The notes below the pieces were generated by a model that was not told the DNA's origin, made no database searches, and saw only the letters and a list, made by a program, of their open reading frames with translations. The translations under genes were made by a program, and so were the position numbers. DNA of 64,000 nt, from the sequence record SRR31156797_1198, one strand, 5' to 3'. The stretch's first letter is position 1, and the number at the start of each line of letters is the position of its first letter. This document shows positions 34,069 to 45,899 of the stretch, one piece after another.

Positions 34069-36594
34069 TTGAGTGAAGAAGCAAAACAAAATATTCATGA
34101 CGTCAATCTGACCAGTGAAATGCGCGAGTCCTTTATCGATTATGCAATGAGTGTAATTGTTGCTAGGGCTTTACCAGATGTGCGGGATGGCTTAAAGCCG
34201 GTTCACCGCCGAATTTTATATGGAATGAATGAATTAGGGGTCACACCAGACAAGCCCCATAAAAAATCAGCCCGGATCGTCGGCGATGTCATGGGGAAAT
34301 ACCATCCCCATGGTGATAGTGCGATCTATGAATCAATGGTGCGGATGGCACAGCCCTTCAGCTATCGCTACATGTTAGTCGATGGCCACGGAAACTTTGG
34401 CTCAGTCGATGGTGACGGTGCCGCTGCGATGCGGTATACCGAAGCCCGCATGAGCAAACTGGCGATGGAGATGCTGCGGGACATCAACAAAGATACTGTT
34501 GATTTCCAAAGCAATTATGATGATACAGAACGAGAACCAGCGGTATTACCAGCACGCTTCCCGAACCTTTTGGTCAACGGGACGACGGGGATCGCTGTTG
34601 GGATGGCGACCAATATCCCGCCTCATAACTTGAATGAAGTTATTGCAGCCATCGATCTATTGATGGAAAATCCAGAAGTCACGACAAGTGAATTGATGGA
34701 AGTCCTGCCGGGACCAGATTTCCCAACCGGCGGGATAGTCATGGGAAAATCCGGTATTCGCCGTGCCTATGAAACAGGGAAAGGTTCGATCACTGTTCGC
34801 GGAAAAGTCGAAGTGACTGAAATGCCCAACGGTAAAGAACGGATCTTAGTGACTGAATTGCCGTATATGGTCAATAAAGCGAAGTTGATCGAGCGGATCT
34901 CTGAGCTGCACCGTGACAAACGGATCGAAGGAATCACCGATCTGCGGGATGAATCGTCTCGTGAAGGCATGCGGATCGTTATCGACGTTCGTCGCGACGT
35001 CAGTGCGTCGGTGATCTTAAACAATCTCTACAAAATGACTGCACTGCAATCTTCTTTTGGCTTTAATATGTTAGCCATTGAAAAAGGCGTGCCGAAGATT
35101 TTGAGTTTGAAACGAATTTTAGAAAACTACATCGAGCATCAACAAGAAGTGGTGACTCGTCGGACACAGTTTGATAAAAACAAAGCAGAAGCCCGTGCCC
35201 ACATCTTAGAAGGGTTACGGATCGCATTGGATCATATCGATGAGATCATTGCTTTGATCCGGGCATCAAATTCTGATGATGAAGCAAAAAATAGCATGAT
35301 GGAGCGCTTCAAATTGTCCGATCGGCAAGCGCAAGCAATTTTAGATATGCGTTTGCGTCGCTTGACTGGTTTGGAACGCGACAAGATCGAAAACGAGTAC
35401 CAAGGTTTGTTAGAATTTATCGCTGATTTGACAGACATTTTAGCAAATCCACAACGAGTCCTAGAGATCATCCAAACGGAGTTGCAAGAATTAGGCCAAC
35501 GCTTTGGCGATGATCGCCGGACTGAATTATTGGTTGGGGAAGTCTTAAGTCTTGAAGATGAAGACTTGATCGAAGAAGAAGAAATCGTCATTACTTTGAC
35601 GAACAATGGATACATCAAACGAGTAGCTAAGTCTGAATTCCGTGCACAACGTCGCGGCGGACGTGGCGTTCAAGGAATGGGGATCCACGATGAAGACTTC
35701 GTGAAGACGTTGATTTCTTGTTCGACTCACGACACATTACTGTTCTTCACCAATAAAGGGAAAGTTTACAAAGCCAAAGGCTATGAAATTCCTGAGTATG
35801 GTCGGGCAGCCAAAGGGATCCCTGTGATCAATCTGCTAGGGATCGATTCTAGCGAACGGATCGAAGCGATCATTTCGGCTTCTGGTGGGCCTCAAGAAGG
35901 ACGCTACTTGTTCTTCACGACGCGTCTAGGTGTGGTCAAACGGACCTCAGTGACGGCCTTTTCAAATATCCGTGCCAATGGTCTGATTGCGATCGGTCTT
36001 CGGGAAAATGATGAGTTGGTTAACGTGATCGAAACCCATGGCGAAGATGTCGTGATCATCGGCACCCACGATGGCTACTCTGTGACTTTCAAAGAAGCCC
36101 TTGTGCGGGATATGGGCCGAACAGCTGCTGGTGTGAGAGGCATTCGTCTAAGAGATGGAGACTACGTCGTAGGTGCCGCTGTGATCACAGAAGACAGTGA
36201 AGTCTTGGTCATCACTGAGAACGGCTATGGCAAACGCACCAAAGGCTCTGAATACCCAATCAAAGGTCGTGGCGGAAAAGGGATCAAAACAGCCAACATT
36301 ACGGCGAAAAACGGTCCATTAGCCGGCTTGACGACGCTCAGCGGTGAGGAAGACATCATGGTGATCACCAATAAAGGCGTCTTGATTCGTTTCAATGTAG
36401 CGACTGTTTCCCAAACTGGTCGGGCAACCTTAGGGGTTCGTTTGATGAAGATGGAAAACAATGCCAAAGTAGTGACGATGGCAACGGTTGAACCGGAAGT
36501 CGAAGAAGAACTAACGACTGCCGAAGAAACAGCGGGACAAGACGTGCCAGTTGTGGAAGAAACAACGGAAGACACCACGGATACACAAGAATAA
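34069..36594 (+). CDS. gyrA: DNA gyrase subunit A
   Basis: [11 protein letters not shown] (usual Ser/Glu at QRDR positions), AAMRYTE, GyrA box QRRGGRG. Confidence 0.98.
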   Translation: MSEEAKQNIHDVNLTSEMRESFIDYAMSVIVARALPDVRDGLKPVHRRILYGMNELGVTPDKPHKKSARIVGDVMGKYHPHGDSAIYESMVRMAQPFSYRYMLVDGHGNFGSVDGDGAAAMRYTEARMSKLAMEMLRDINKDTVDFQSNYDDTEREPAVLPARFPNLLVNGTTGIAVGMATNIPPHNLNEVIAAIDLLMENPEVTTSELMEVLPGPDFPTGGIVMGKSGIRRAYETGKGSITVRGKVEVTEMPNGKERILVTELPYMVNKAKLIERISELHRDKRIEGITDLRDESSREGMRIVIDVRRDVSASVILNNLYKMTALQSSFGFNMLAIEKGVPKILSLKRILENYIEHQQEVVTRRTQFDKNKAEARAHILEGLRIALDHIDEIIALIRASNSDDEAKNSMMERFKLSDRQAQAILDMRLRRLTGLERDKIENEYQGLLEFIADLTDILANPQRVLEIIQTELQELGQRFGDDRRTELLVGEVLSLEDEDLIEEEEIVITLTNNGYIKRVAKSEFRAQRRGGRGVQGMGIHDEDFVKTLISCSTHDTLLFFTNKGKVYKAKGYEIPEYGRAAKGIPVINLLGIDSSERIEAIISASGGPQEGRYLFFTTRLGVVKRTSVTAFSNIRANGLIAIGLRENDELVNVIETHGEDVVIIGTHDGYSVTFKEALVRDMGRTAAGVRGIRLRDGDYVVGAAVITEDSEVLVITENGYGKRTKGSEYPIKGRGGKGIKTANITAKNGPLAGLTTLSGEEDIMVITNKGVLIRFNVATVSQTGRATLGVRLMKMENNAKVVTMATVEPEVEEELTTAEETAGQDVPVVEETTEDTTDTQE

Positions 36595-36744
36595 GCAATA
36601 CATTTTCTAGGAAGACAGCAACCTGCGAACCTGCAGCTTGCTGTCTTTTTACTCTTTTTCAAAAAATCGGCAGCAGCTGACGTATTTATCAGTGTAAGCG
36701 ATTGTTTGCGGTGATGGGTAGATGCAGGGACGCAAAAAAATAGC

Positions 36745-36857
36745 TTGCAGTAGGGACGAAAAAAGTGTATAATAATTATTTGTGAGTAGTCTAATTAGAC
36801 CACTCTCTCTGCTCCTAGAAAACTAGGGGCCAAAGTCCACAGGGAGGTGAAAAATCA
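36745..36857 (+). promoter_or_regulatory. rpsF promoter and S6:S18-binding leader
   Basis: TTGCAG-17 nt-TATAAT; leader hairpin GCTCCTAG/CTAGGGGC followed by CC motif, flanked by CTCTCTG/CAGGGAG pairing over the RBS. Confidence 0.7.
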
Positions 36858-37157
36858 ATGGAAAACACGAAATATGAGATCTTATATATCATTCGTCCAA
36901 ACATTGATGAAGAAGCAAAAGCCGCATTGATCGCTCGTTTTGACTCAATCTTAACTGATAACGGCGCTGAAGTTATCGAATCAAAAGATTGGCAAAAACG
37001 CCGTCTAGCGTATGAAATGGATGGATTCCGTGAGGGTATCTATCACATCGTTAAAGTTTCTTCTTCAACAACTGCAAGTGCAATCAACGAGTTTGACCGT
37101 CTTGCGAAAATCAATGATGACATTATCCGTCACATGATTGTCAAAGAAGAAGCATAA
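36858..37157 (+). CDS. rpsF: 30S ribosomal protein S6
   Basis: [17 protein letters not shown]. Confidence 0.97.
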   Translation: MENTKYEILYIIRPNIDEEAKAALIARFDSILTDNGAEVIESKDWQKRRLAYEMDGFREGIYHIVKVSSSTTASAINEFDRLAKINDDIIRHMIVKEEA

Positions 37158-37160
37158 TAT

Positions 37161-37176
37161 TGTTTCACATGAAACA
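37161..37176. promoter_or_regulatory. parS site
   Basis: TGTTTCACATGAAACA, 15/16. Confidence 0.8.
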
Positions 37177-37200
37177 AAAGCGATGAGGAGATGATGAACT

Positions 37201-37725
37201 TTGATTAATAATGTTGTACTAGTAGGAAGACTAACCAAAGATCCTGATTTACGTTACACTTCTAATGGCACTGGTGTCGCAACCTTTACCTTGGCGGTAA
37301 ATCGCAATTTTACCAACCAAAGTGGAGAGCGCGAAGCTGATTTCATCAACTGTGTTATTTGGAGAAAACCAGCGGAAACATTAGCAAACTATGCACGCAA
37401 AGGAACTTTATTAGGGGTTACTGGACGTATTCAAACCCGTTCATACGACAACCAACAAGGCCAACGTGTTTATGTAACAGAAGTCGTTGCTGACAACTTC
37501 CAATTATTAGAATCGCGAAATGCTTCCGAGCAAAGACGCACAACTGATAGCGGATCTGGCAGCAGCAATACGTATAACTCAAATAGTTCTTCTGGATTTG
37601 GTAACAATAACTCAAATCAAACTCAATCCTCTCAACCATCAGGAATGCCTAATTTTGATCGAGACAACTCCGATCCATTCGGAAACTCATCAATCGACAT
37701 TTCAGACGATGATTTACCATTCTAA
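37201..37725 (+). CDS. ssb: Single-stranded DNA-binding protein
   Basis: [14 protein letters not shown]-terminal DDDLPF. Confidence 0.98.
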   Translation: MINNVVLVGRLTKDPDLRYTSNGTGVATFTLAVNRNFTNQSGEREADFINCVIWRKPAETLANYARKGTLLGVTGRIQTRSYDNQQGQRVYVTEVVADNFQLLESRNASEQRRTTDSGSGSSNTYNSNSSSGFGNNNSNQTQSSQPSGMPNFDRDNSDPFGNSSIDISDDDLPF

Positions 37726-37748
37726 GAAATTGATAGGAGGGAAATAGG

Positions 37749-37985
37749 ATGGCACAACAAAGAAGAGGCGGACGCAAACGTCGTAAAGTAGACTACATTG
37801 CTGCAAACCATATTGAACATATCGATTATAAAGATATTGAATTACTAAAACGTTTCATTTCAGAACGCGGTAAAATTTTACCACGTCGTGTAACTGGTAC
37901 TGGTGCGAAAAACCAACGCAAACTTACCATTGCAATCAAACGTGCGCGTATTATGGGATTACTTCCATTCGTAGGCGAAGAATAA
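37749..37985 (+). CDS. rpsR: 30S ribosomal protein S18
   Basis: [17 protein letters not shown]. Confidence 0.98.
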   Translation: MAQQRRGGRKRRKVDYIAANHIEHIDYKDIELLKRFISERGKILPRRVTGTGAKNQRKLTIAIKRARIMGLLPFVGEE

Positions 37986-37999
37986 ATCGAATGATTTTC

Positions 38000-38036
38000 A
38001 TTGACAAGTTTCTTTTGAAGCTTGTCAATTTTTTTA
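38000..38036 (+). terminator. Terminator after rpsR
   Basis: ATTGACAAG/CTTGTCAAT plus T-run. Confidence 0.7.
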
Positions 38037-38118
38037 TCTACTGAAGAAATACTTGTTATTTTATATACAGATAAAATGACGAGTGACAGAAATTTTCCCA
38101 TGATTATCTCACCAAAAA

Positions 38119-38134
38119 AGTTTCACGTGGAACT
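38119..38134. promoter_or_regulatory. parS-like site
   Basis: AGTTTCACGTGGAACT within the longer palindrome AAAAAG..CTTTTT. Confidence 0.65.
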
Positions 38135-38224
38135 TTTTGCATCAATCGCCTATTTGATTGTTTTGTGGTAAAATAAGGAACAAAGCTTCAAAAAAATGGG
38201 ATGATACATTGAGGGGTAAAAAAG

Positions 38225-39673
38225 ATGGCAGCAATTGGGTTGATTTCAATTGATAATTACGATGATTTGATTGAGAAAAAAGACGACAAACAAGTTTCTT
38301 ATTTGAACTCGCTGATCACGACACTGATTTCTGATTGGGCAAGTGAGAATCATGTTTTTTACAAACGAATCAATTCCGAGCGGTTTCTTTTCGTCGCGAA
38401 GTATTCAGATATTGAGCGGATGAAGGAAGAAAAATTCCAATTTTTGACTAGAGTACGGCAAGTTGCGGAAAAAAATGATCTGGCATTAACGATCAGTATG
38501 GGAATCTCCTATGGGGAAGAGTCTTTTGAAGAGATTGGTGAAGTGGCACAAAACAATCTCGACATTGCGTTAGTTCGTGGCGGCGATCAAGTCGTTTTAA
38601 AAGAAGCCAAAGAAGAAGCAAAACCGCAATTCTTTGGCGGTAATACGGATGGTACGCCGAAGAGAACGCGTGTTCGTTCTCGTGCCATGAGTACGGCGTT
38701 GAGAAAGATTTTTGCTGAAAACCAGCGGATCTTTATCATGGGTCATCGTTACCCGGACATGGATGCTTTAGGTTCGGCTTTTGGGGTGGCTTACATGGCG
38801 ATGATGAGCGACAAAGAATGCTACATCATTTTAAATCCGAAAGAGATCACCGCCGACATTCAGCGGGCATTGGAAGAATTGAAAAAATACCCCGAGCTGG
38901 AACGATTTGTGATCACTGGGGAAGAAGCAGTCAATTTATCAAATGAAGAAAGTGTCTTAGTGATGGTAGATTACCATAAGCCGTCGATGTCGATCTCGCA
39001 AGCGGTCTATGATGAATTTGACAAAATCGCAGTGATCGATCACCATCGTCGCGGGGATGAGTTTCCCGATAAGCCATTATTGACGTATATTGAATCTTCC
39101 GCGTCTTCAGCATCGGAACTGGTAGCAGAATTGATCCAGTATCGCGCTTCTCGCAGATCGCAAGTCCCTAAATTTATTACGACTTCTTTATTAGCGGGAA
39201 TCTACGTGGATACGAAGAACTTCACGGTGCGAACCACTGGTCGGACCTTTGATATTGCTGGCTATTTGAAAAATCAAGGCGCAGATACGTCATTGGTTCA
39301 ATACATGTTGAGTACGGATTTAGATTCCTATTTGATGATCAGTGAACTGGTTTCTCGCAGCCAGCATTTCCGAGAAGATATCGTGATTGCTGCAGCGGAT
39401 GAAGATCGGGTGTACGATAGTGTCACCGTTGCAAAAGCGGCCGATACTCTGCTATCGATCAATGGGATCCATGCCGCGTTTGTCATTACGAAACAGCCAG
39501 GAGATTTGATCGGTATCAGTGCTAGAAGTACCGGAAAAGTCAATGTACAAACCTTGATGGAGGCATTAGGCGGCGGCGGACATTTTACCAACGCAGCCAC
39601 GCAAATAAAAAACAGCAGCATTGGCGATGTAGAAAACCAGTTGCGAGCGGAATTAACGAAAAATGAACAATAA
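38225..39673 (+). CDS. gdpP: c-di-AMP phosphodiesterase GdpP-like, lacking N-terminal TM and PAS domains
   Basis: Degenerate GGDEF (IDNYDD..RGGDQ), MGHRYPDMD, IDHHRR, GGGGH; between rpsR and rplI; 482 aa. Confidence 0.85.
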   Translation: MAAIGLISIDNYDDLIEKKDDKQVSYLNSLITTLISDWASENHVFYKRINSERFLFVAKYSDIERMKEEKFQFLTRVRQVAEKNDLALTISMGISYGEESFEEIGEVAQNNLDIALVRGGDQVVLKEAKEEAKPQFFGGNTDGTPKRTRVRSRAMSTALRKIFAENQRIFIMGHRYPDMDALGSAFGVAYMAMMSDKECYIILNPKEITADIQRALEELKKYPELERFVITGEEAVNLSNEESVLVMVDYHKPSMSISQAVYDEFDKIAVIDHHRRGDEFPDKPLLTYIESSASSASELVAELIQYRASRRSQVPKFITTSLLAGIYVDTKNFTVRTTGRTFDIAGYLKNQGADTSLVQYMLSTDLDSYLMISELVSRSQHFREDIVIAAADEDRVYDSVTVAKAADTLLSINGIHAAFVITKQPGDLIGISARSTGKVNVQTLMEALGGGGHFTNAATQIKNSSIGDVENQLRAELTKNEQ

Positions 39674-39688
39674 CAAGGAGTGACCAAG

Positions 39689-40141
39689 ATGAAAGTTATT
39701 TTCTTACAAGATGTCAAAGGCAAAGGCAAAAAAGGCGATATCAAGGAAGTCCCTAATGGCTACGCACAAAACTTCCTGATCAAAAACAACTTAGCCAAAC
39801 CTGCCAACAATGAAAGCATGGCAGAATTAAAAGGCAAACAAAAAGCCAAAGAAAAACAAGATGCGGAAGTCTTAGCAGAAGCGAAAGAGTTAAAAGCACT
39901 TCTTGAAAAAGAAGAAACCGTCGTGAAGATCAATGCCAAAGCAGGGGAAGATGGCCGCTTGTTCGGTTCGATCCCATCAAAACAAATTGCCGATGCTTTG
40001 AACAAGCAATACAAAATCAAAATCGATAAACGCAAAATCGAATTGGATCAGCCGATTCGTGCATTAGGGTTTACGCAAGTACCTGTAAAATTGCACCCAC
40101 AAGTAACAGCAACGATCAATGTTCATACCATTCAAGAATAA
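39689..40141 (+). CDS. rplI: 50S ribosomal protein L9
   Basis: [22 protein letters not shown]. Confidence 0.97.
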   Translation: MKVIFLQDVKGKGKKGDIKEVPNGYAQNFLIKNNLAKPANNESMAELKGKQKAKEKQDAEVLAEAKELKALLEKEETVVKINAKAGEDGRLFGSIPSKQIADALNKQYKIKIDKRKIELDQPIRALGFTQVPVKLHPQVTATINVHTIQE

Positions 40142-40249
40142 GCATTACTCCCAACAGTCACATGTTGGGGTTTTTTTCGGCAAACGTCCAAGCAATCTTG
40201 TACTTTGGATGGGAATCTTGTAGAATGAATGGACGAAGGAGCGAATGGC

Positions 40250-41620
40250 ATGAATGAAGTTTGGCAAAATCAAGTTCCCCCACAAGATATTGAAGCGGAA
40301 CAAGCGGTCCTAGGGGCAGTCTTTTTAGATGCCGATGCGATCATCGATGCAATGGAAGTAATCGCCCCAGAAGATTTTTATCGCCGCAGCCATCAAATAA
40401 TTTTTCAAGCAATGATCCAGTTGAACGACCGTAGTGAATCGATCGACTTGATCACGTTGAAAGCAGAAATTGAAAAAAGCAATAGTCTTGAAGATGTTGG
40501 CGGTCTGACGTATCTGACTGAATTGAGTCAAGCTTCACCATCAGCAGCAAGTATTGCTTATTATGCGAAGATCGTTGACGACAAAGCCACGCTGCGCAAT
40601 CTAATCCAAACAGCGAGCCGTATCGTAACCAAAGGCTTTGAACAAGATGAAGATGTGCAGTCGATCATTGATCAAGCAGAAAAAAGTATTTTAGAAGTAT
40701 CCGAAAAGCGCAACAGTAATGGCTTCCAATCGATAGCGGAAGTCTTGAATCGGACGATCGAAACGATCGATCAATTGGCGCAAAACAATGAAGAAATCAC
40801 CGGATTACCTACGGGTTATGCGGCTTTAGACAAAATGACGGCGGGGCTGCAAAAAGAAGAGCTGATTATTCTGGCTGCCCGTCCCGCGGTAGGGAAAACC
40901 GCATTTGCCTTGAATATCGCGCAAAATGTCGGAACGAAAACCGATCGTTCCGTGGCGATCTTTAGTCTGGAAATGGGGGCTGAATCATTGGTCAACCGGA
41001 TGCTTTGTGCGGAAGGCTCGATTGAGGCCAGTCACTTGCGGACGGGGCAGCTCTCAGAAGAAGAGTGGCGGAATTTGATCGTTGCCATGGGCAGTCTTTC
41101 TAACGCCAATATCTATATCGATGATACCCCCGGGATCAAGATCTCTGAGATCCGGGCACGTTGTCGGAAACTCGCGCAAGAAAAAGGCAATCTCGGCTTG
41201 ATTTTGATCGACTATTTGCAGTTGATTGAAGGAACGGGTCGCGAAAACCGCCAACAAGAAGTCTCTGAGATCTCTCGCCAATTAAAGAAACTGGCGAAGG
41301 AATTGAAAGTGCCGGTGATTGCACTGTCTCAGCTTTCTCGGGGTGTGGAACAGCGACAAGACAAACGTCCTGTTTTAAGTGATATCCGGGAATCAGGGTC
41401 GATCGAGCAGGATGCCGATATCGTTGCTTTCTTGTACCGAGATGACTACTACCGCAGTGAAGGCGACGATGACGATGAACCAGAAGAACAACAAAACAAC
41501 AATGTGATCGAAGTCATTATTGAGAAAAACCGGAGTGGTGCCCGAGGGACCGTCGAACTTCTATTCATCAAAGAATACAATAAGTTCTCCTCGGTCTCGC
41601 CACGAGAAGAGTTCGGGTAA
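40250..41620 (+). CDS. dnaB: Replicative DNA helicase
   Basis: EAEQAVLG, AARPAVGKT, IDYLQL, RESGSIEQDAD. Confidence 0.97.
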   Translation: MNEVWQNQVPPQDIEAEQAVLGAVFLDADAIIDAMEVIAPEDFYRRSHQIIFQAMIQLNDRSESIDLITLKAEIEKSNSLEDVGGLTYLTELSQASPSAASIAYYAKIVDDKATLRNLIQTASRIVTKGFEQDEDVQSIIDQAEKSILEVSEKRNSNGFQSIAEVLNRTIETIDQLAQNNEEITGLPTGYAALDKMTAGLQKEELIILAARPAVGKTAFALNIAQNVGTKTDRSVAIFSLEMGAESLVNRMLCAEGSIEASHLRTGQLSEEEWRNLIVAMGSLSNANIYIDDTPGIKISEIRARCRKLAQEKGNLGLILIDYLQLIEGTGRENRQQEVSEISRQLKKLAKELKVPVIALSQLSRGVEQRQDKRPVLSDIRESGSIEQDADIVAFLYRDDYYRSEGDDDDEPEEQQNNNVIEVIIEKNRSGARGTVELLFIKEYNKFSSVSPREEFG

Positions 41621-41703
41621 GGCACCAATGATTTGAGAAACAAAGGCTCCTGCTGCCGTCTGCATCGCGCTGATGGTAGTAGGGCTTTTTTTATGTGCCG
41701 ACT

Positions 41704-41797
41704 TTATTCGTTTTTACGTGTATAAATAATTATTCCAAAGAAAATAGTTCGTTTTTTACCCCTGAAAAATGAGAATTTAAAACGATTATTCGATTTT
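41704..41797. promoter_or_regulatory. Putative PurR boxes upstream of purA
   Basis: Repeated TTCG-core motifs TTATTCGTTTTT, TAGTTCGTTTTT, TTATTCGATTTT. Confidence 0.55.
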
Positions 41798-41867
41798 AGA
41801 TTGAAAGAGCTTGCGAATCTTGTTACAATACTTAAGGAATGCACTAATTAAAGAAAGAGGTCATTAT

Positions 41868-43160
41868 ATGTCATCTGTAGTAGTAGTAGGTACACAATGG
41901 GGCGATGAAGGTAAAGGAAAGATTACGGACTTTTTGAGTGAAAACGCGGAAGTCATTGCACGTTATCAAGGTGGAGACAATGCCGGCCATACGATTAAAT
42001 TTGACGGTGTGACCTATAAACTGCATTTGATTCCTTCAGGGATCTTTTATGCAGATAAAATCAGTGTCATTGGAAACGGGGTCGTTGTGAACCCGAAATC
42101 ATTAGTTAAAGAATTAGCATACTTGAAAGAAAACAATATAATAACAGAAAACTTAAAGATCTCTGATCGTGCACATGTTATTTTACCTTACCATATCCAT
42201 TTGGATCAGCTGCAAGAAGATGCCAAAGGTGACAACAAGATCGGTACGACAATCAAAGGGATCGGACCAGCCTATATGGATAAAGCGGCCAGAGTCGGCA
42301 TTCGGATCGCTGATCTTTTAGACAAAGAAATTTTTGAAGAACGTCTGCGTATCAACTTAGAAGAAAAAAATCGTCAATTCGTGAAAATGTTTGATGCAGA
42401 GCCAATCGCCTTTGAAGATATTTTTGAAGAGTATTACGAATATGGCCAACAAATCAAAAAATATGTGACGGATACTTCGGTGATCCTTAACGATGCCTTA
42501 GATGAAGGCAAACGAGTTTTATTTGAAGGGGCACAAGGCGTGATGCTGGATATCGACCAAGGAACCTATCCTTTCGTAACGTCATCCAACCCCGTTGCTG
42601 GAGGTGTCACCATCGGTAGTGGTGTGGGCCCTTCAAAAATCAACAAAGTCGTTGGTGTCTGCAAAGCCTACACCTCTCGGGTAGGAGATGGTCCATTCCC
42701 AACGGAACTGTTTGATGAAACAGGTGAACAAATTCGTAAGATCGGTCGTGAATACGGGACAACGACAGGACGACCTCGTCGTGTGGGCTGGTTTGATACC
42801 GTCGTGATGCGCCATTCAAAACGGGTCTCAGGGATCACGAACCTATCCCTTAACTCGATCGATGTCTTGAGCGGTTTAGAAACCGTGAAAATCTGTACCG
42901 CTTATGAACTAGACGGCGAATTGATCTATCATTATCCAGCAAGCTTGAAAGAGTTGAACCGCTGCAAACCAGTCTACGAAGAACTTCCTGGCTGGTCTGA
43001 AGACATTACTGGCTGCAAAACATTGGCAGATCTGCCAGAAAATGCACGCAATTACGTTCACCGCATCTCTGAATTAGTCGGTGTCCGCATTTCGACCTTC
43101 TCGGTAGGGCCAGACCGCAGCCAAACCAACATCTTAGAAAGTGTTTGGGCGCAAATTTAA
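41868..43160 (+). CDS. purA: Adenylosuccinate synthetase
   Basis: [28 protein letters not shown]. Confidence 0.98.
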   Translation: MSSVVVVGTQWGDEGKGKITDFLSENAEVIARYQGGDNAGHTIKFDGVTYKLHLIPSGIFYADKISVIGNGVVVNPKSLVKELAYLKENNIITENLKISDRAHVILPYHIHLDQLQEDAKGDNKIGTTIKGIGPAYMDKAARVGIRIADLLDKEIFEERLRINLEEKNRQFVKMFDAEPIAFEDIFEEYYEYGQQIKKYVTDTSVILNDALDEGKRVLFEGAQGVMLDIDQGTYPFVTSSNPVAGGVTIGSGVGPSKINKVVGVCKAYTSRVGDGPFPTELFDETGEQIRKIGREYGTTTGRPRRVGWFDTVVMRHSKRVSGITNLSLNSIDVLSGLETVKICTAYELDGELIYHYPASLKELNRCKPVYEELPGWSEDITGCKTLADLPENARNYVHRISELVGVRISTFSVGPDRSQTNILESVWAQI

Positions 43161-43300
43161 CCTGACGCGAAAGCATCAGAACAAGACAAAGAACTTCTGT
43201 GTCAGAAGCGGTCAACGATAAGTTTGGCTGCTTTTGATGAGAATTTCTTCTGTCTTGTTCTTTTTTTGCTATAATAGGGGGTAACGAGAGGGGTGAAACC

Positions 43301-44176
43301 ATGTTTCAAATCATGACAGATTCCTGCTGTGATTTACCAGCAGCAAGATTAGCGGAGCTAGATGTCGCCTATATTCCAATGCTGATTGAATTAGATGGCA
43401 AAGAATATATCGATGATATGGGCAAAGAATTTGATACGGAATGGTTTTTAGGAAAACTAAAAGAGCATGCGCAACCGACGACTTCTCAAATCAATGTCGG
43501 ACGTTATATGGAATATTTTCGGCCATATGTCGAAGCGGGCACACCGATCCTTTATTTAGGTTTTTCTTCAGGAATGAGCGGCTCATTCCAAAGTGCCGTC
43601 CAAGCCGTAGCCTTACTAAAAGAAGAATACAAAGAAGTCGCGATCACCTTGATCGATACGCGCTCTGCTAGTTTAGGCGAAGGCTTCTTAGTGGCTGAAG
43701 CAGCTCAACAAAAAGCCCAAGGGCGTTCGTTGCTGGAAGTCAGCCAATGGGTAGAAGAAAATAAACTGCGTTTAGATTCATGGGTCACCGTCGATGATTT
43801 AAAACAATTGGAACGCGGCGGCAGAATCTCTAAAACAGCCGCAGCGATCGGTGGATTGTTGAATGTGAAACCAATCATTACCGTAGATACCGCGGGAAAA
43901 TTACGCAGTGTTGATCGAGTGCGGGGACGCAACAAAGCGATCCAAAAAATCGTGGATCAAACCATCGCCAATCTTCACGAATCAAAAACCAATACGGTTT
44001 ATTTTGCCAATGCTGGCGATGCCGAAGCAGCGGAGAAAGTCATCAAGCGTTTGACCGAAAAAGTTCCTGACATTATTATTCATCATTATCCATTAGGTCC
44101 AACGATCTCCAGTCATACCGGCTACGGCTGCTTGGCGCTGTTTTCATTCGGCAAAGCCCGTTTAGAACAAGCGTAA
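43301..44176 (+). CDS. DegV family fatty-acid-binding protein
   Basis: IMTDSCCD, PTTSQ, SSGMSGS, GGRIS, SHTG. Confidence 0.92.
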   Translation: MFQIMTDSCCDLPAARLAELDVAYIPMLIELDGKEYIDDMGKEFDTEWFLGKLKEHAQPTTSQINVGRYMEYFRPYVEAGTPILYLGFSSGMSGSFQSAVQAVALLKEEYKEVAITLIDTRSASLGEGFLVAEAAQQKAQGRSLLEVSQWVEENKLRLDSWVTVDDLKQLERGGRISKTAAAIGGLLNVKPIITVDTAGKLRSVDRVRGRNKAIQKIVDQTIANLHESKTNTVYFANAGDAEAAEKVIKRLTEKVPDIIIHHYPLGPTISSHTGYGCLALFSFGKARLEQA

Positions 44177-44209
44177 CCTGCCCAACATGCCCGAAGTATT
44201 AGACAAAAT

Positions 44210-44265
44210 AAAAAGAACGCTCCAGTTGCCTGCCTTGGTGGCAGGCAACTGGAGCGTTCTTTTTT
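44210..44265. terminator. Bidirectional terminator
   Basis: AAAAAGAACGCTCCAGTTGCCTGCC/GGCAGGCAACTGGAGCGTTCTTTTT. Confidence 0.85.
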
Positions 44266-44276
44266 GTAGAAGCAGA

Positions 44277-45899
44277 TTATTGATTCATTTCTGCTACGCG
44301 TTTTTGGACATCTTTGTTTTCTAAGAATTCATCGTAGGTCGTTTCGGCACGATCCACCACGCCTTTGCTAGAGACCGCAATGATACGGTTCGCAAGGGTT
44401 TGAATAAATTGGTGGTCATGAGAAGCAAACAACAATGAGCCGGTGAAGGCCATCAAACCATCGTTAAATGCGGTGATCGATTCTAAGTCCAAGTGATTGG
44501 TTGGATCATCCAACACCAATACGTTGGCTTTTGAAAGCATCATTTTCGACAACATACAGCGAACTTTTTCGCCCCCGGAAAGAACGTTGACGGGTTTTAA
44601 TACTTCATCACCAGAGAATAACATGCGACCTAGGAAGCTGCGCAAGAAGGTATTGTCGTCTTCTTCTTTGCTTGCGTATTGACGCAGCCAATCAACGATC
44701 GGGGTATCCGTATCGAATTCGCTGGTCGTATCTTTTGGCAAGTAGGCATGCTGCGTGGTGACGCCCCAACGAACACTACCTGTATCAGGAGTGATTTCCC
44801 CCATGATGACTTTGAATAGCGTCGTGGTGGTGATATCGCTATTGGCAACAAAAGCGACTTTGTCGTCTTTATTCAAGGTGAAAGAGATATTGTCTAAAAT
44901 CTTTTTGCCGTCGATCGTCACACTGACATTGTCGACTTGCAGCAAGTCATTCCCGATTTCACGTTCTGGTTTAAAACCAACAAACGGATAACGGCGGGAC
45001 GAAGGTTGAATATCATCAAGGGTGATTTTATCCAACATTTTTTTCCGAGACGTTGCTTGTTTGGATTTTGATGCATTGGCACTAAAGCGTGCGATAAAGT
45101 CTTGCAGTTCTTTGATCTGTTCTTCTTTTTTGGCATTTGATTGTGATTGTAATTTCGCCGCTAATTGGCTTGATTCCAACCAGAAATCATAGTTGCCGAC
45201 AAACAATTTGATTTTGCCGAAGTCTAGATCGGCCATATGGGTACAAACTTTATTTAAGAAGTGGCGGTCATGGGAAACAACGATGACAGTGTTGTCAAAG
45301 TTGATTAGAAACTCTTCTAACCAGTTGATAGATTGGATATCCAATCCGTTGGTAGGCTCATCTAGGAGCAAGACGTCTGGCTTACCGAAAAGGGCTTGTG
45401 CGAGCAAGACTTTTACCCGTTGACCAGCAGTTAGATCTTTCATCAAGACATGATGCAATTCATCGGGAATGTTCAGGCCTTGCAAAAGAACGGCTGCTTC
45501 TGGCTCTGCTTCCCAACCATCAAGTTCCGCAAATTCGCCTTCTAGTTCGGCGGCACGAATCCCATCTTCATCAGAAAAGTCTTCCTTCATGTAGATCGCG
45601 TCTTTTTCTTTCATCACTTCGTAGAGACGTTTATGGCCCATGATGACCGTTTCGATCACTGGAAACTCTTCGTAATCATAGTGGTTCTGTTTCAAGACAG
45701 CCATCCGTTCATCAGGACCCAAAGAAACGTTCCCGGTCGAAGGTTGGATCTCACCAGATAAAATTTTTAAAAAAGTTGATTTACCAGCACCATTTGCACC
45801 AATCAAACCATAACAATTACCAGGCGTAAACTTAATATTAACATCATCAAACAGTTTGCGGTCTGAAAAATGCAAACTTACATCACTTACTGTAATCAA
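44277..45899 (-). CDS. ABC-F ATPase (YkpA/YbiT-like)
   Basis: Two ABC domains, no TM; GANGAGKST, LDEPTN, QATSRKK linker; second Walker A degenerate. Confidence 0.88.
   Translation of the reverse strand: MITVSDVSLHFSDRKLFDDVNIKFTPGNCYGLIGANGAGKSTFLKILSGEIQPSTGNVSLGPDERMAVLKQNHYDYEEFPVIETVIMGHKRLYEVMKEKDAIYMKEDFSDEDGIRAAELEGEFAELDGWEAEPEAAVLLQGLNIPDELHHVLMKDLTAGQRVKVLLAQALFGKPDVLLLDEPTNGLDIQSINWLEEFLINFDNTVIVVSHDRHFLNKVCTHMADLDFGKIKLFVGNYDFWLESSQLAAKLQSQSNAKKEEQIKELQDFIARFSANASKSKQATSRKKMLDKITLDDIQPSSRRYPFVGFKPEREIGNDLLQVDNVSVTIDGKKILDNISFTLNKDDKVAFVANSDITTTTLFKVIMGEITPDTGSVRWGVTTQHAYLPKDTTSEFDTDTPIVDWLRQYASKEEDDNTFLRSFLGRMLFSGDEVLKPVNVLSGGEKVRCMLSKMMLSKANVLVLDDPTNHLDLESITAFNDGLMAFTGSLLFASHDHQFIQTLANRIIAVSSKGVVDRAETTYDEFLENKDVQKRVAEMNQ

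Noticed and set aside
36692-36705. cre-like TGTAAGCGATTGTT upstream of rpsF
   Set aside because: Lacks the conserved 3' CA and the context is implausible
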